A stretch of 64,000 nucleotides of DNA, taken from the NCBI RefSeq assembly GCF_000143415.4, contig NW_003314270.1, positions 124,001-188,000 on the forward strand, written 5' to 3'. The stretch comes from Selaginella moellendorffii (taxonomy: Eukaryota > Plantae > Lycopodiophyta). Within the stretch, counting starts at the first letter, position 1. Each line of letters begins with the position of its first letter. Below are positions 22,890-34,453 of the stretch, in pieces. A model generated the notes under the pieces. The model searched no databases. It was given only the letters and a program-made list of their open reading frames with translations, and had not been told where the DNA came from. Position numbers and translations under genes: made by a program.

Positions 22890-23747
22890 TCAGACTGTTA
22901 TTTTTTGCCTCCAACGCCTATACAATAATCTTGGAATTTCATCACTCTCCACACTATCAGGATTTAAACCCAATAGTAATGCCATCTCTTCTCTAATACG
23001 TCCACGCTCATGTTTAGTGGTCGAAGAACCCATTCGGTTGAGCAGATTATGGAGATGCGGATAGTGCTTGGCTAGACAATATACATGCCATAAATGATGA
23101 CTGGTGTCTGTCCGATCAAATGGCTTCTGATATACCGTTCCATCTGCCATTTGGTTGATTTCTGCAGCCACCTCCTGGACTGGCCGGTTCTCTATCACCA
23201 TCGCTCCAAGCCGTTTTGCAAGGTCCCCCAGAACATACGGTTTCTTCTCCCTAGTTTCCATACTGCAAGAGATGGGGTGCACTGCATATGTGTGCGTGTT
23301 CGCTGCAGTTTTAATCGGCGAGTCATTGATGATGAGGATTTCACTTGACCTAGCAGTCCGGTTCATCACTACAGCCTCTGGCTTGACGAAGATGGGCTTG
23401 CTACCCCTCACATGGACCATAGTCAAGCAATCCTCCTGCGTTAGGAGAAAGTCAAATGGTAATATTACTCGCGTCTGATCGTGCATCATCTATAGCAACG
23501 TTAATGCATTGTGGCGCATCATGGATGTCCAAACTCCCAATTGCAAATTGAACCCGGCCCTCTGTTTTAAGTGTCGCATGGTCATTATTAATGTGAATCT
23601 GTCTCTTTTGACCAACTTGCGACCGCAGGCTTTGGAGGGTGCAGTGACATTCGAGGACGAGCCACGCTCATGGGAGAAAAGGACACCATTCAGATCAAAA
23701 ACGATACAGTACCTTCGCCGTGACTCTGAAATGAAATGCGTCAGCAT
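22890..23747 (-). pseudogene. FCP1/NIF-type HAD phosphatase-like domain carried by the transposon, with one in-frame TAG
   Basis: CIVFDLNGVL, LGVWTS, LLTQEDC, KPIFVK and ILIINDSPIK..N...AVHP follow the plant NIF-family motif order. Two ORFs in one frame are split by TAG at 23490-23492. Confidence 0.7.
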
Positions 23748-24382
23748 AAAAAATGGTACAAGTCAATTTTACCATCTACAATATTAGCGAATGGTGCTCC
23801 CGATGGTCGTTGAGAGGGTTTTGGTCGAGGAAATGTGAAGGGCGGAAATACTCTCCTCTGCAATGTGGGGTCAATCACATCCGATGGCGTGTGGGCACAT
23901 GCCATTTCAGCTGTAGACTCTGGTACAATTGGCTCAACAGTGGCATGGGGTGGTTCCGATGGTGTGTGATCACACGCCATTTCAGCTGGTGCCTCCGTTG
24001 GCAAAGTGGACATGACCGAATAGGCAGCAGGGGCGGTGTAGGGAGGTTCCAACGGCGCGTAGTCAGACGATTGGGCACACGTTGAGTCCGTTGGAAATGA
24101 GGATACGACCAGCTCGGCGGCTGGGGCGGCCTCATGCGGGTCCAATGGCGCCTGGTCACCGTCAGTTGGATACGTGGACAAGATTGACTCAGTGGTATGG
24201 GCAGCATCAAGTGGAGCGTGGTCAGCTTGCTTGGCGTTGATATGGATAGTAGCCTCCACCAGCTCTGATGACTCTTGCAGGCAAGTAGAGTCCACTGGCA
24301 GATCCATATGCATGTCCAAATATCTCCTTTCGATTGAGATGGTATCCTCTCTACTGGCTACTAAAAACAAACTCATTAGCAC
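23741..24382 (-). CDS. Pro/Ala/Thr-rich repetitive exon upstream of the HAD domain
   Basis: Four to five degenerate D.APL(D/E)P...S..PT(D/E) repeats in a 213-aa ORF. Confidence 0.45.
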   Translation of the reverse strand: MLMSLFLVASREDTISIERRYLDMHMDLPVDSTCLQESSELVEATIHINAKQADHAPLDAAHTTESILSTYPTDGDQAPLDPHEAAPAAELVVSSFPTDSTCAQSSDYAPLEPPYTAPAAYSVMSTLPTEAPAEMACDHTPSEPPHATVEPIVPESTAEMACAHTPSDVIDPTLQRRVFPPFTFPRPKPSQRPSGAPFANIVDGKIDLYHFLC

Positions 24383-24628
24383 ATTGAATCGACTATACTG
24401 TATTTACCATCAATTGCTATTGAGGAACTAGGACCAATATCACTTGGGCGCACTACTGATTCTGAAGGATTGGACATACGTTTCGACCCTTGCTTGGCAC
24501 TATCCTTCCTCAACACTAAAGGCTAGAGTTTGTATCTTAATTCAACTGAATAATCTCTACTTACCATTTGCTTTGCAACCTACATGGACAATGTTAGAAA
24601 TGGTAAAAGGTTAGGAATGGATGTACTA

Positions 24629-27600
24629 TTATTTACCTGATGGTTTGTCTTGTATGACCTTCCTCCGCTGCTCTTTGGCCACCTCAGGCTGGCCATCGTC
24701 ATCATCATTGTCGTCATCGTTATTGTGATCGTCACCATTGTGAGGACCATCCAAGTCCTCTTCGTCCTCCTCTTCTTCGTCCTCCTCTTTTTTGTCCTCC
24801 TCTTCGTCCTTCTGCTCTTCCTGCTCATTATCTTTCTCTGGCTCCTCATCCCCCTCCTGCATTTCTTCCATAGGCTGCTCAGGTTGGATGGCTTGTTCTT
24901 CCAGGACCATCTTGGGAAAATCATCTGGCCGAGTCTCCATCTCAAAATACAAGACATCCATAGCCTGTTTTAGTGCATGACCTAGGACCGTATCCTCACC
25001 CGACTGTCTTAACATGGTTTCTGCACGTTCTTGCACCCTTCGAAGACGACGAGATGAGAAAAACGTGGCCTTGACTTGAAAAGCATCCCTCATCCATTGT
25101 ACCTCTCCATTGAGATTGGGGAAGGGGAGTCCGCCATAGGAATCTGAGTCAGGAGGTGGTGACTGCGAGGCATTACCTATCATCTTTTCGTTGCCCTTCT
25201 TCCATTTCGAATCAAACGCCTCTGATCCCGACGACTGTCCAACGTGCTTTCGCTTTTTATGACCACTGTTAATTTGAGCTTGGCTGGTGCTTGCCTGTTT
25301 TGCCTTTGAAGAAGTGTCTCCTGCAAGGAATGGCATGAGACCACACGCCATTGCAAATATAATTTGTACCTCCTTTTTTCCTATTGCTTGTCTGTTTGTC
25401 CTTCTTCGACGCACCACCAGTGCGCTTTTCAGTCCTCGTGTCTGAATATTCACAACGATCTATAATCAAAATGGCGTGAGGCCTCACGTGACCTTACCTT
25501 GTGCAGGTTGTGAGCTCGGCCCAACATGGGTATCTTCAACAGTAGCTGTTAACGCCGTTTCAGCATCTGGGGGTGGCCATGCTCCTGCATATAGAGCTTG
25601 TGAGATAACATTTAAACTTAAAGTGCGTACTCACCAGGTTCGCAGAGAAGATACTGTTTTTCTTTGGCAACTGTAATTATATGCTCCATTGAAGTCACCT
25701 CTTCAATGGAGTTTGTCACTGCAACACACGGGACACCCTTGAGTAGTGCGGCCGCAGTTGTACTTGACAACGCATTTGCCCTTGGAGTCGGAAGCAGGTG
25801 ACCCACCCGCTATTGCGTTGAAGACCCAGCTGAGCATTTCCCATGCTGCACTTGGAGCTTTCTCTGGATTCGAAAGCTCCATAGCCGTCTTCAGTTCCTT
25901 AGGCATGGGTAAATTGACCTCCCTCAGATCAATTTGATCGGCCTTGTCGAACGAAGCTGGGAAGTCACTCTAGTCCCACTCTGCTGCAGGACCAATAACA
26001 AGGGCGAGTGTGAAGATGCGGACATTCGTCGGTATCTTCTTCTTAGCCATTATCCCATGGATCTCCTGCATCTCCTTGCCTTTCAACCGAGCCTTCACCT
26101 CGTTCAAGGCCTTCTAGAACTTGTGATAGGATTCGGAGTCGTAGATCATATAGTGGACTGAAGATTCCACCTCTGCAAGTCCCACCATTAAGTCAATGAT
26201 GGAGCTGACTTCGTCTGCATAAGTGATCTCCTCGTTTGTGAAGTCCATCACACAAAAGATGTTCTTGACCTGCTCATCTCCATGGGAAACGATGCTCCTC
26301 CACCTTTGATCCTCATCCGAATTCACGTATACCCGGTAAGGTTCTCGATAGGCCTCTGCTGCGGGGTCGAGCTGTTTCTGAAGCCGGCGGTCGACATCCC
26401 TCTTAATGAAATTTGGATACTGATCCAACTTCTCAGCTTTACTTTTCGTGGCATCCCGCAGCAGATCGATGAACTTGGGGGCCCCCTTCACGTACTCGTC
26501 GATGTCTTCATTTGACAACTCCAACTCTTCCATCATCTTTTGCGTGGTGTCGATGCTCACCCTCTCCACGGCCACTTGCTCGAAGATCCAATCCTTCAAT
26601 AGCGCATGAGCTCTCAGAGTCATGCACAAGTCCTCGTATGTCACAATATGGCCGGGAGTCATTTTGGTCTTGTTGAAGACTACCACGTAGAAGAGCATTA
26701 GCCACTGTCAGAAGGTCGTTGTCGTCTAGAGCCCGCAAAAAACGCAAGGCGTTGAGCTTCAAATCATTGGGTTTCCGGCTGTCCTCCACACCCATTGAGT
26801 TTAGCAACTCCCCGTCATGGTACTTCCTCAGCACATCTACCCATTTGTCAAAAACAACTTTTGTCGCGAGTAGAATGTTATGGATGCTGAGTTGTGTCAT
26901 TGACCCCCAGTGTTTTCGAGAGAAGACTCGAGAATTCCTACAATGGAAATGGCGTGAGGCCACATGCTATGCCACATGCAACGAGGCTTACCTGCCAGGC
27001 GCTAGTTGCTAGTGCACGTCCTTGTCCTGGTTTTTATGGCTTCTTCAGTTGAACCCAGAGCTTCCGTGTTCGTGCCAATGTCTCGTGTAGACCCGATTTG
27101 TAGCACGTTTCTTGCTTGACATTCTGCGCGTGGGAGATGGATATGATAGATCGGAGGGGCGAGTTGCCTTTTATCAGGCGGACAACTCTTGTCTTGAAGA
27201 CTTTCTTCACCTCCTTGCCCACCATAATATCCACAACTATCTCTTGCATCGCCAAGCTAGAATGCTGCCCGGAGACGGCATAGAACCGGATGTTCTGATC
27301 ATCCAACACCTTCCTATTGATGAAGTTTGGAAACCTCGTCTCGCCCTTCATTGTTCGGTAGTAGGGGATCACGTCTGCGATGTCGGGTGTTACTGGACTT
27401 GCCAGCATCTTCTGCTTCAGTTTCTCCACCCACTCATCAGATACTAGCCTGTGGTTGTATTTGCTTTGGATGTCGATACGGCTCACGTCGATTGTATATA
27501 CTTTGTTGGAATAGTAACAAGTACTATTATTTGCGACGATTTTTGCTGCCTCTTCTTGCTCTTTCTGCTCTTTGCGGCTCTTCTTTTTGGTGGGTGTAGT

Positions 27601-28191
27601 GTTCGAACCCGAGGCAATGGCATCACCGAGTAGCTTCTTTTTTGGACCAAGAGAGTCGGACGTCAGCTTGAGCTTGACCACCCTTTTTTGCTTCGGGGTA
27701 GTTTCCAGATCGACCCCCTTCCCCTTCGCTTTGCGAACTGGAGGCACTCTCAACGGCTCAATGTTGGAATATAGTTTTTGAACATCGCCGTAGGTGAGGT
27801 CCGTGAATTCCATGTGATCTTCATAGACCCGCAGCGTCTTTGAAATTGTAGGCCTCCTGGACAACCTCTCCCTAGCTCCCTCTAGGAATTCCTCATAGCC
27901 GCTGCCCCCCTCCGGGAAGCCGCTAGGATGTGCAAGGTGGATCTTGAAGGCGGACGCTGTCTCTACCACAAGTGCCAGTCCATATTCTTGCATGGAACTG
28001 CATGGAGTGTCTGTCACTTGGATGAGGATCCCCATGCATTCTTTTCTCCCACCATCTGTGTTGTACAGCCTCAGATCCTTGCCTTCCATCCCGAAAGTCC
28101 AACTGGTGAGCTCCTCCCCCTTCTCTACATCCACATTGACAGTGGCTGGAAGAAGAACGCAATTCCTCACCTGTTTAGAAATGCACAACAA
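24629..28191 (-). pseudogene. Multi-exon transposon cargo gene: basic region, ParB/Srx-like domain, possible methyltransferase-like fold, acidic tail
   Basis: Consecutive minus-strand ORFs joined by GT-AG mini-introns (25321-25369, ~25442-25497, 26938-26991). Contains IDVSRIDI...HRLVSDEWVEKLKQKM...FYAVSGQHSSLA and a D/E-rich tail. Has stops and frameshifts. Confidence 0.6.
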
Positions 28192-29077
28192 TTAGAGCTG
28201 ACAGATGAAAAGCTAGCAGCTAGAAATAACGTGAGGCCACACGCCATTCACCACTGCATCAGATGTCTTGAGGTTGCATCCTAAGATGGCGTGAGGCTAC
28301 ACGCCATCTGTAACCGGACTGCACTCGAGAGCCCAATCGGTGCATGCCAATGTTGCTACTGAATGGCATGTGGCCTCATGCCATTTTCTACTTGGCCTAA
28401 AAGACTTACCATTTGAAGCCGAATGGAGGCGTGACAATCGAGGCCGGACTCGCTGGCGAATGTGCACTGTGTGTGCAGCGGATCGTAGCAGCAAGGCTAC
28501 TCTGCCACTTACAGTTGGAGAGTGGCGCTGAAATCTCCCGGGACGCCAAGTGGGCTGCATGTGGGTGGCGGAGTGGGCGGCAGAGTTGGCGGTGAAGTTA
28601 CAAACTGGGTGTGTCTTGAAGTGGACGCCAATGCACACGAGCGCGATGCGAGCGCGATGCAAGCGCGAGTGTGATGCAAGCGCGAGTGGACGCCGATGCA
28701 CACGAGAAACCTGTAGAGAAGGTAGATGAGCGCGAATGTGAGTGTGATCGCGAGTGGGAGCGCGATGCGAGCGCGAGTACGATGCAAAACCTAACCTCAC
28801 ACGCGCGAAATGTCACGACAGTTGGTAATCCCGCCACGTCATCATTCCTCGGACTTGGGCGCCACCATTAATTTCTGGATTGCCGCGCGCATGCATGCAC
28901 GTGAAATCCAAAAGAAATCTGCAACGTCATCATTCCTCGGACTGCATGCATGCGAAATCCAAAAGAAAGATCATGATTGGGATATCATTTAATACCCTCG
29001 CTATATTTATACCATGCATGATTGGATATTCCAAAGCATCTTGTATTTCCAAAAATGCCAGATGTTCAGCTAAATAA

Positions 29078-30985
29078 AGAATGGTATACAATGTCCTTCT
29101 TGATGACCCTGCAAAGAAGCATCTCGATCGGACACCACATGAGACCACACGAGCTTTACAATGTTTCAGGGGCATTTGCCATAGATCCAACCGTTATTTT
29201 GCTCCAAGATTCTACAGTTTGGTGTGCATTGACCTTTCCATCGACACTGCAAAGGGACATCACAATCAGATGCGGGATCACAAGAAACCAACTTCACTAA
29301 CTCTGGTTTCACCAAGATCTATGTAAGGAGTTATGAAATGAAAGGACCCTCTTTATTGAAATGTGTTTATGGTCCTGACATATCAAAGGATTTTGCATCA
29401 AGTTCTGTATTTGCATATTTATCAAGCTACTGAATTGCTAAACCCTAAACCCTAAACATGTGGCAAATGTTGCGTGAAGAAAGATGCCCTTTCTGGGCAA
29501 ATGCTGTAAAAGGCAGATGCCGAGCAGTTACACGGCGAATAATCTTGGCGCGGATCGCTGACATGGCATGGCAAAGTTTGAATCACTGACATGGCACAGC
29601 TGGATCGAGGCAAGGACATGATGTGACAAAGTTCAACGTCTGACAGCAAAGTCTAGAAGCTACTCAGTTTGAAATTTGTTAGAGGAATTATAAGATCTGG
29701 TTTGTCAGAGGATTTGATGTGACGTTTAAGCGTGTGGGCTCATGCAATTTTGATCCCAAAATATGCACCAAAAAATGCTCGGCGTCATCTGGCGTTATCT
29801 CTTGAATGGCGTGGGGCCGCATGCCATTTTCAGGGGCACATAGGAGTATATTCCTAGAATATTCTGACATGCGCGAGATTTTTTTGAGTTTTCTGGAGAT
29901 CCAACCGTTAGATCGCAACTAGATTTTACAGAATGGTATACAATGTCTTTCTTGATGACCCTGCAAAGAAGCATCTCGATCAGACACCACATAAGACCAC
30001 ACGAGCCTTACAATGTTTCAGGGGCATTTGCCATAGATCCGACTGTTATTTTGCTCCAAGATTTTACAGTTTGGTGTGCATTGACCTTTCCATCGACACT
30101 GCAAAGGGACATCACAATCAGATGCGGGATCACAAGAAACTAACTTCACTAACTCTGGTTTCACCAAGATCTACGTAAGGAGTTATGAAATGAAAGGACC
30201 CTCTCTATTGAAATGTGTTTATGGTCCTAGGGGCATTGTGACATATCAAAGGATTTTGCATCAAGTTCTGTATTTGCATGTTTATCAAGCTACTGAATTG
30301 CTAAACCCTAAACCCTAAACATGTGGCAAATGCTGCGTGAAGAAAGATGCCCTTTCTGGGCAAATGCTGTAAGAGGCAGATGCCGAGCAGATGTATCTCA
30401 GGCTAGCAAAGGGGACAAACGAAAGCTAGCTATAAACATGACGGGATGCAAATAGATTACTAGGCTGGTCCTAACCATAATTGAAAACATTGAAAATGCA
30501 AAAAGAAAGGTTTATAATATTTTTGAATTTTAAGCAACCAAAGGAATGTAAGTAGGGCATGTGTTTGTAAGTTTAAAAATGCCTCAACCACTTAAATTCC
30601 CAAATAAATAAAGCTGTTTCTATTTTTGGTACAGGTAAACTTTATAGCGTGTGGGCTCATGCAATTTTGAACCCAAAAATGCACCAAAAAATGCTCGACT
30701 AGCATTATTCTTTGAATGGCGTGTGGCCTTATATTGCTATAAATGGACGTACACACACAGCATAATTATTCCTTTACACGGCGAATAATCTTGGCGCGGA
30801 TCGCTGACATGGCATGGCAAAGTTCGAATCACTGACATGGCACAGCTGGATCGAGGCAAGGACATGATGTGACAAAGTTCAACCTCTGACAGCAAAGTCT
30901 AGAAGCTACTCAGTTTGAAATTTGTCAGAGGAATCATAAGATCTGGTTTGTCAGAGGATTTGATGTGACGTTCAAGCGTGTGTTA
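29078..30985. repeat. Internal direct repeats in the divergent intergenic region of the transposon
   Basis: ~29078-29510 matches ~29930-30390; ~29510-29735 matches ~30775-30982; 29730-29780 matches 30648-30697. Confidence 0.9.
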
Positions 30986-32023
30986 TTTTTGAATTCTCGA
31001 ACTCATTCCTAGGTCTATCATTTTTGTGCGCCGTGTTCTTGGTTCCGCTGAGCGCAGTGAGCGTTGCTTGTGTAAGCGGCGTTGTGAGCTGTGGTTTATG
31101 CGTCTACGAGCGGTTGCGGCATTGCGAGCGCCATTGCGAGCGGCAGTTTATGCGAGTGGCAGTTTGTGCGAGCGGCGCTACGAGCAGTTGCGGTGTTGCG
31201 AGCGGCGCTACGAGTAGTTGCGGTGTTGCGAGCGGCACTGTCTTTGGTGTGGCTACCGCTTCCTCTTGATATTCGGCACTTGTGCTTCCTGGTATGTTCA
31301 CCATGGAATGGCTTAGGACCACATTTAGAAATGGCATGAGGCCACATGCCATCTTGGGCCCTTGCAATTTCATGGCTAGCGTATTGTCATGTATGTATTC
31401 ACTTGCCTGCAGCTGTGTGTATATCAAGATGGCATGATGCCTCATGCCAATTTTGTGAATGCGAAATTTCACGTGGGTGTCAATAGCATGTTTGAATAAT
31501 GGCATGTGGCCTCATGCTATTGAGGTTGTTTGCTATGTTATGATTTAGGCCATTCTCCAATCATTTTCCGTATGGTCTTAACTTCTTTTCTGCACTTTCA
31601 GAATGGCCTCCGGAATTGCGACGCATGTTCCCTCCGTGGATCTTAAGAACCGTGCTACATGGATTCAGGCAAAGGTGTTACTAAACAACCCCTGAGGGGG
31701 AGGGTGGTAGCCTGAGTGGTCTTAAGCCAGCAGATTTGTTCGAAATCGCAAGAAGGATTGCGTGTTTGCTAAATCAATGAATATGGGCTGCGGATGATAG
31801 TTGGAGTTGCGATTGTAGAGGATTGTTGACACAGAATCGAAAACAGTCTGACTATTGGAAGCATTGTGCGGTGGAAATTGAGGCACTTAGTGTTTGAGAA
31901 TGTGAAGGATCACAATCAAACACCACTACAACTGATGACAGAACATCTCTTCATGGGAAAAGAAAGTACACCTTCCTAAAGCGCAGCCAAAGGGATCTGA
32001 GCAACGAACCGAAAAGGCAGAAA

Positions 32024-34453
32024 ATGGCGATGGAGGTTCGAATGGTCTCGACAGTTGCTTGTTGCAAGAGGAGGTGCTGTCAACATGCTGATTGGGATGC
32101 TATTGAAGAGGAGAGAGCAAGATACAAGACATTGTCCTGGAAGGCAGCTCGCAATTTTGTGTATGAGGCATTACGGTCATCTGTTGATGCTTCAGAACAT
32201 CAGGTGTGGGGCATGGTCTTCCAGAGGGGTTTGGTCTGCATGAAGGCATGGAGAATCATTTATGGAGTCCCTCGAACCACATTCTACAGAATCAAAACTA
32301 AGTTCGAGGAACAAAGGGTTCAACAGGCAGTCCATGGGAACGATGGTACTCACAAAACCAGGGGTCATGTTGTATATGGAGAGGCAATCTTCAAGAGGTT
32401 TGTCGAGACATGTAGCGAGCAGCAACCACATAAAACCCGCCTCTTGGAAGATGGAACTCGAGACACCCAACGAGTTCTCCCTTCCATATATACCAAGGGG
32501 GCCATATTGGAAGATGTGAATCGGGAACTCCAGAGTAATGGCTACAGGAAGCTGAGCCAATCTAGATTTAGTAGATTGTGGAGCAACAGGTTTAGGGATG
32601 TGAGTATAGGAAAGTACTCCAGCTTTTCAAAGTGTGACGAGTGCACTGCTATCAAAATGGCTTTGTCGAAGAATTCTTGCATCGCTCAAGAGCGAGAGAC
32701 GTTGGTTAGAAGGCGGCTCGACCACAACATCGAGCAGAGAAGCTGCAGGACTGCATATTATCATAATAGGATTCTCTCCATGGAGAGACCTGACTCTTAC
32801 CTCTGCATCATCCACGACAAAATGGACCAGAAAAAGACGTGCTTACCTTGACTCAATCCTGCCCCCAAGGCAATCTCTTCATCCATGCAGCTGTCTGTGT
32901 CTCTGTTTGGCATAATCGCTCATGGGCATGGTGCCCAGAACTATGGGAACTTCTTTGTACCTCTATGGGGTGGCGGGGGTGCAAACATGATGATTGCATC
33001 CCTAGCAAAACACTTAAGGTCTTTGCAAAGTGCGCAGACTGAGCTGAACAGCCAACCCTTGCATAAGGCCCTTGTCGATCGAACCCCATACAGGGTTCAG
33101 CTGGAGGAGGAGCAAAGGCTTGCAGTATCGCGTGGGGCCCCATGCCATCCCAGTGAATATGTTGGCCGTCAGATTGTAGGGTTATCACGTGAAGCCTCAT
33201 GCCATTCCGATGAGGCTGGTCGCCCGGTGAATGCACAGCCTCATCCAAACGAAGCAAAATCTCAAGGAAGTTCTTGCGGCCGATGTGGCCTTCCACCCCA
33301 TCTTCTGCTCCAAACAGACAATGCTGGCAGTGAGAACAAAAACATGTACGTCTTCGCGTACTTGGCGATGCTTGTTGCCAAAGGCATATTTGAAACGGTT
33401 ACACTTGGCTTTCTCATGGTTGGGCACACTCATGAAGACGTCGATGCCATGTTTAGTCACTTGGCAGAGTCCCTCCGGCGATCCAATGTCCTTACCCTCC
33501 CACAACTCTACGATGAATTCCAAAATTGCATCAAAGGCACTGTTGAAGCTGCACTTGTGACAGAGGTTCCAGACTTTAAGGGGTTTGTAAGAGGCTACAT
33601 CAGGGACGGATCCGAAACGCTGATTGGCCACTCCAAGCCTCTTCAGTTTCATTTCAGCATGCGTGACGGTGCTCCAGTGATGAGGTACAAGATGAGAGAA
33701 TGGGACACAGTGTGGCTGCCAGTGGACGGCATTGAACTCTTCAAGAGAGATCCCATAACTGGGGAACCTATGATTCCTTAGGGTTCCCCACGGCCGATGC
33801 ACCCGGATGGACTCAAAGACCAAGAAAGTATAATGGCCGGGATTAGATAGCATATTGCCTTCTGGAAGAGGGGGTTGGTGTTTGGTGGAGAATCCTATTT
33901 TCAGAGGTGCAAGCCTTTGATCGAATACTGGGAGAAGATTATATCTGCTATCCAAAATGGGCCGGTTGTATATGAAGAATTGGAAGAGTCCTTTTGGCCA
34001 GAACCCAGAGCACCAGATAGTAGCGGAACAATGTCCTCTGGAAATGCAGTGACAGATAACGATGTTGAGGATCACTATTGTGGGCCGAGGAACAAGAAGC
34101 CGGATTCAGCATTCAATCCAGTACAGGTCTGCAAAGGAATGGTCGTGCTTGTCAGACCCAGTAATAAAAAACAAATGATATGGGTGGGGCGCTACATCAC
34201 TGATGCAGAGGAGGACGCGGAAACTAACTCCTTCAATGTAACTGTGGAGTGGTTCAAGCCAAGTTCCGGATATATGAAGGATTGCCTAGAAAAGAGATGG
34301 GTGCTGAATCCAAGGGACCCCAGCATGAGCATATCGGTGGATAATGTTGTGCATGGTTGGATGCGGAAGCAGAGTGCCACCATCACCTTGCCAGACCATG
34401 CAAGAGATGCAGCAAGAGCATTCATAACCCGGGTTCAAGGTGAGATTCATTAA
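32024..34453 (+). pseudogene. Sola-like DDE transposase, single frame with three nonsense codons
   Basis: Motifs CCKRRCC, C..AW..IYGV..TTFYR, FSKCDEC, IIHDKMDQ, QTDNAGSENKN and FLMVGHTHEDVDAMFS. ORFs 32024, 32885 and 33875 share one frame. Stops: TGA 32849, TAG 33779, TAG ~33848. Confidence 0.75.

Noticed and set aside
29439-29457. Telomere or interstitial telomeric array
   Set aside because: Only ~2.5 CCCTAAA units; treated as a telo-box-like motif.
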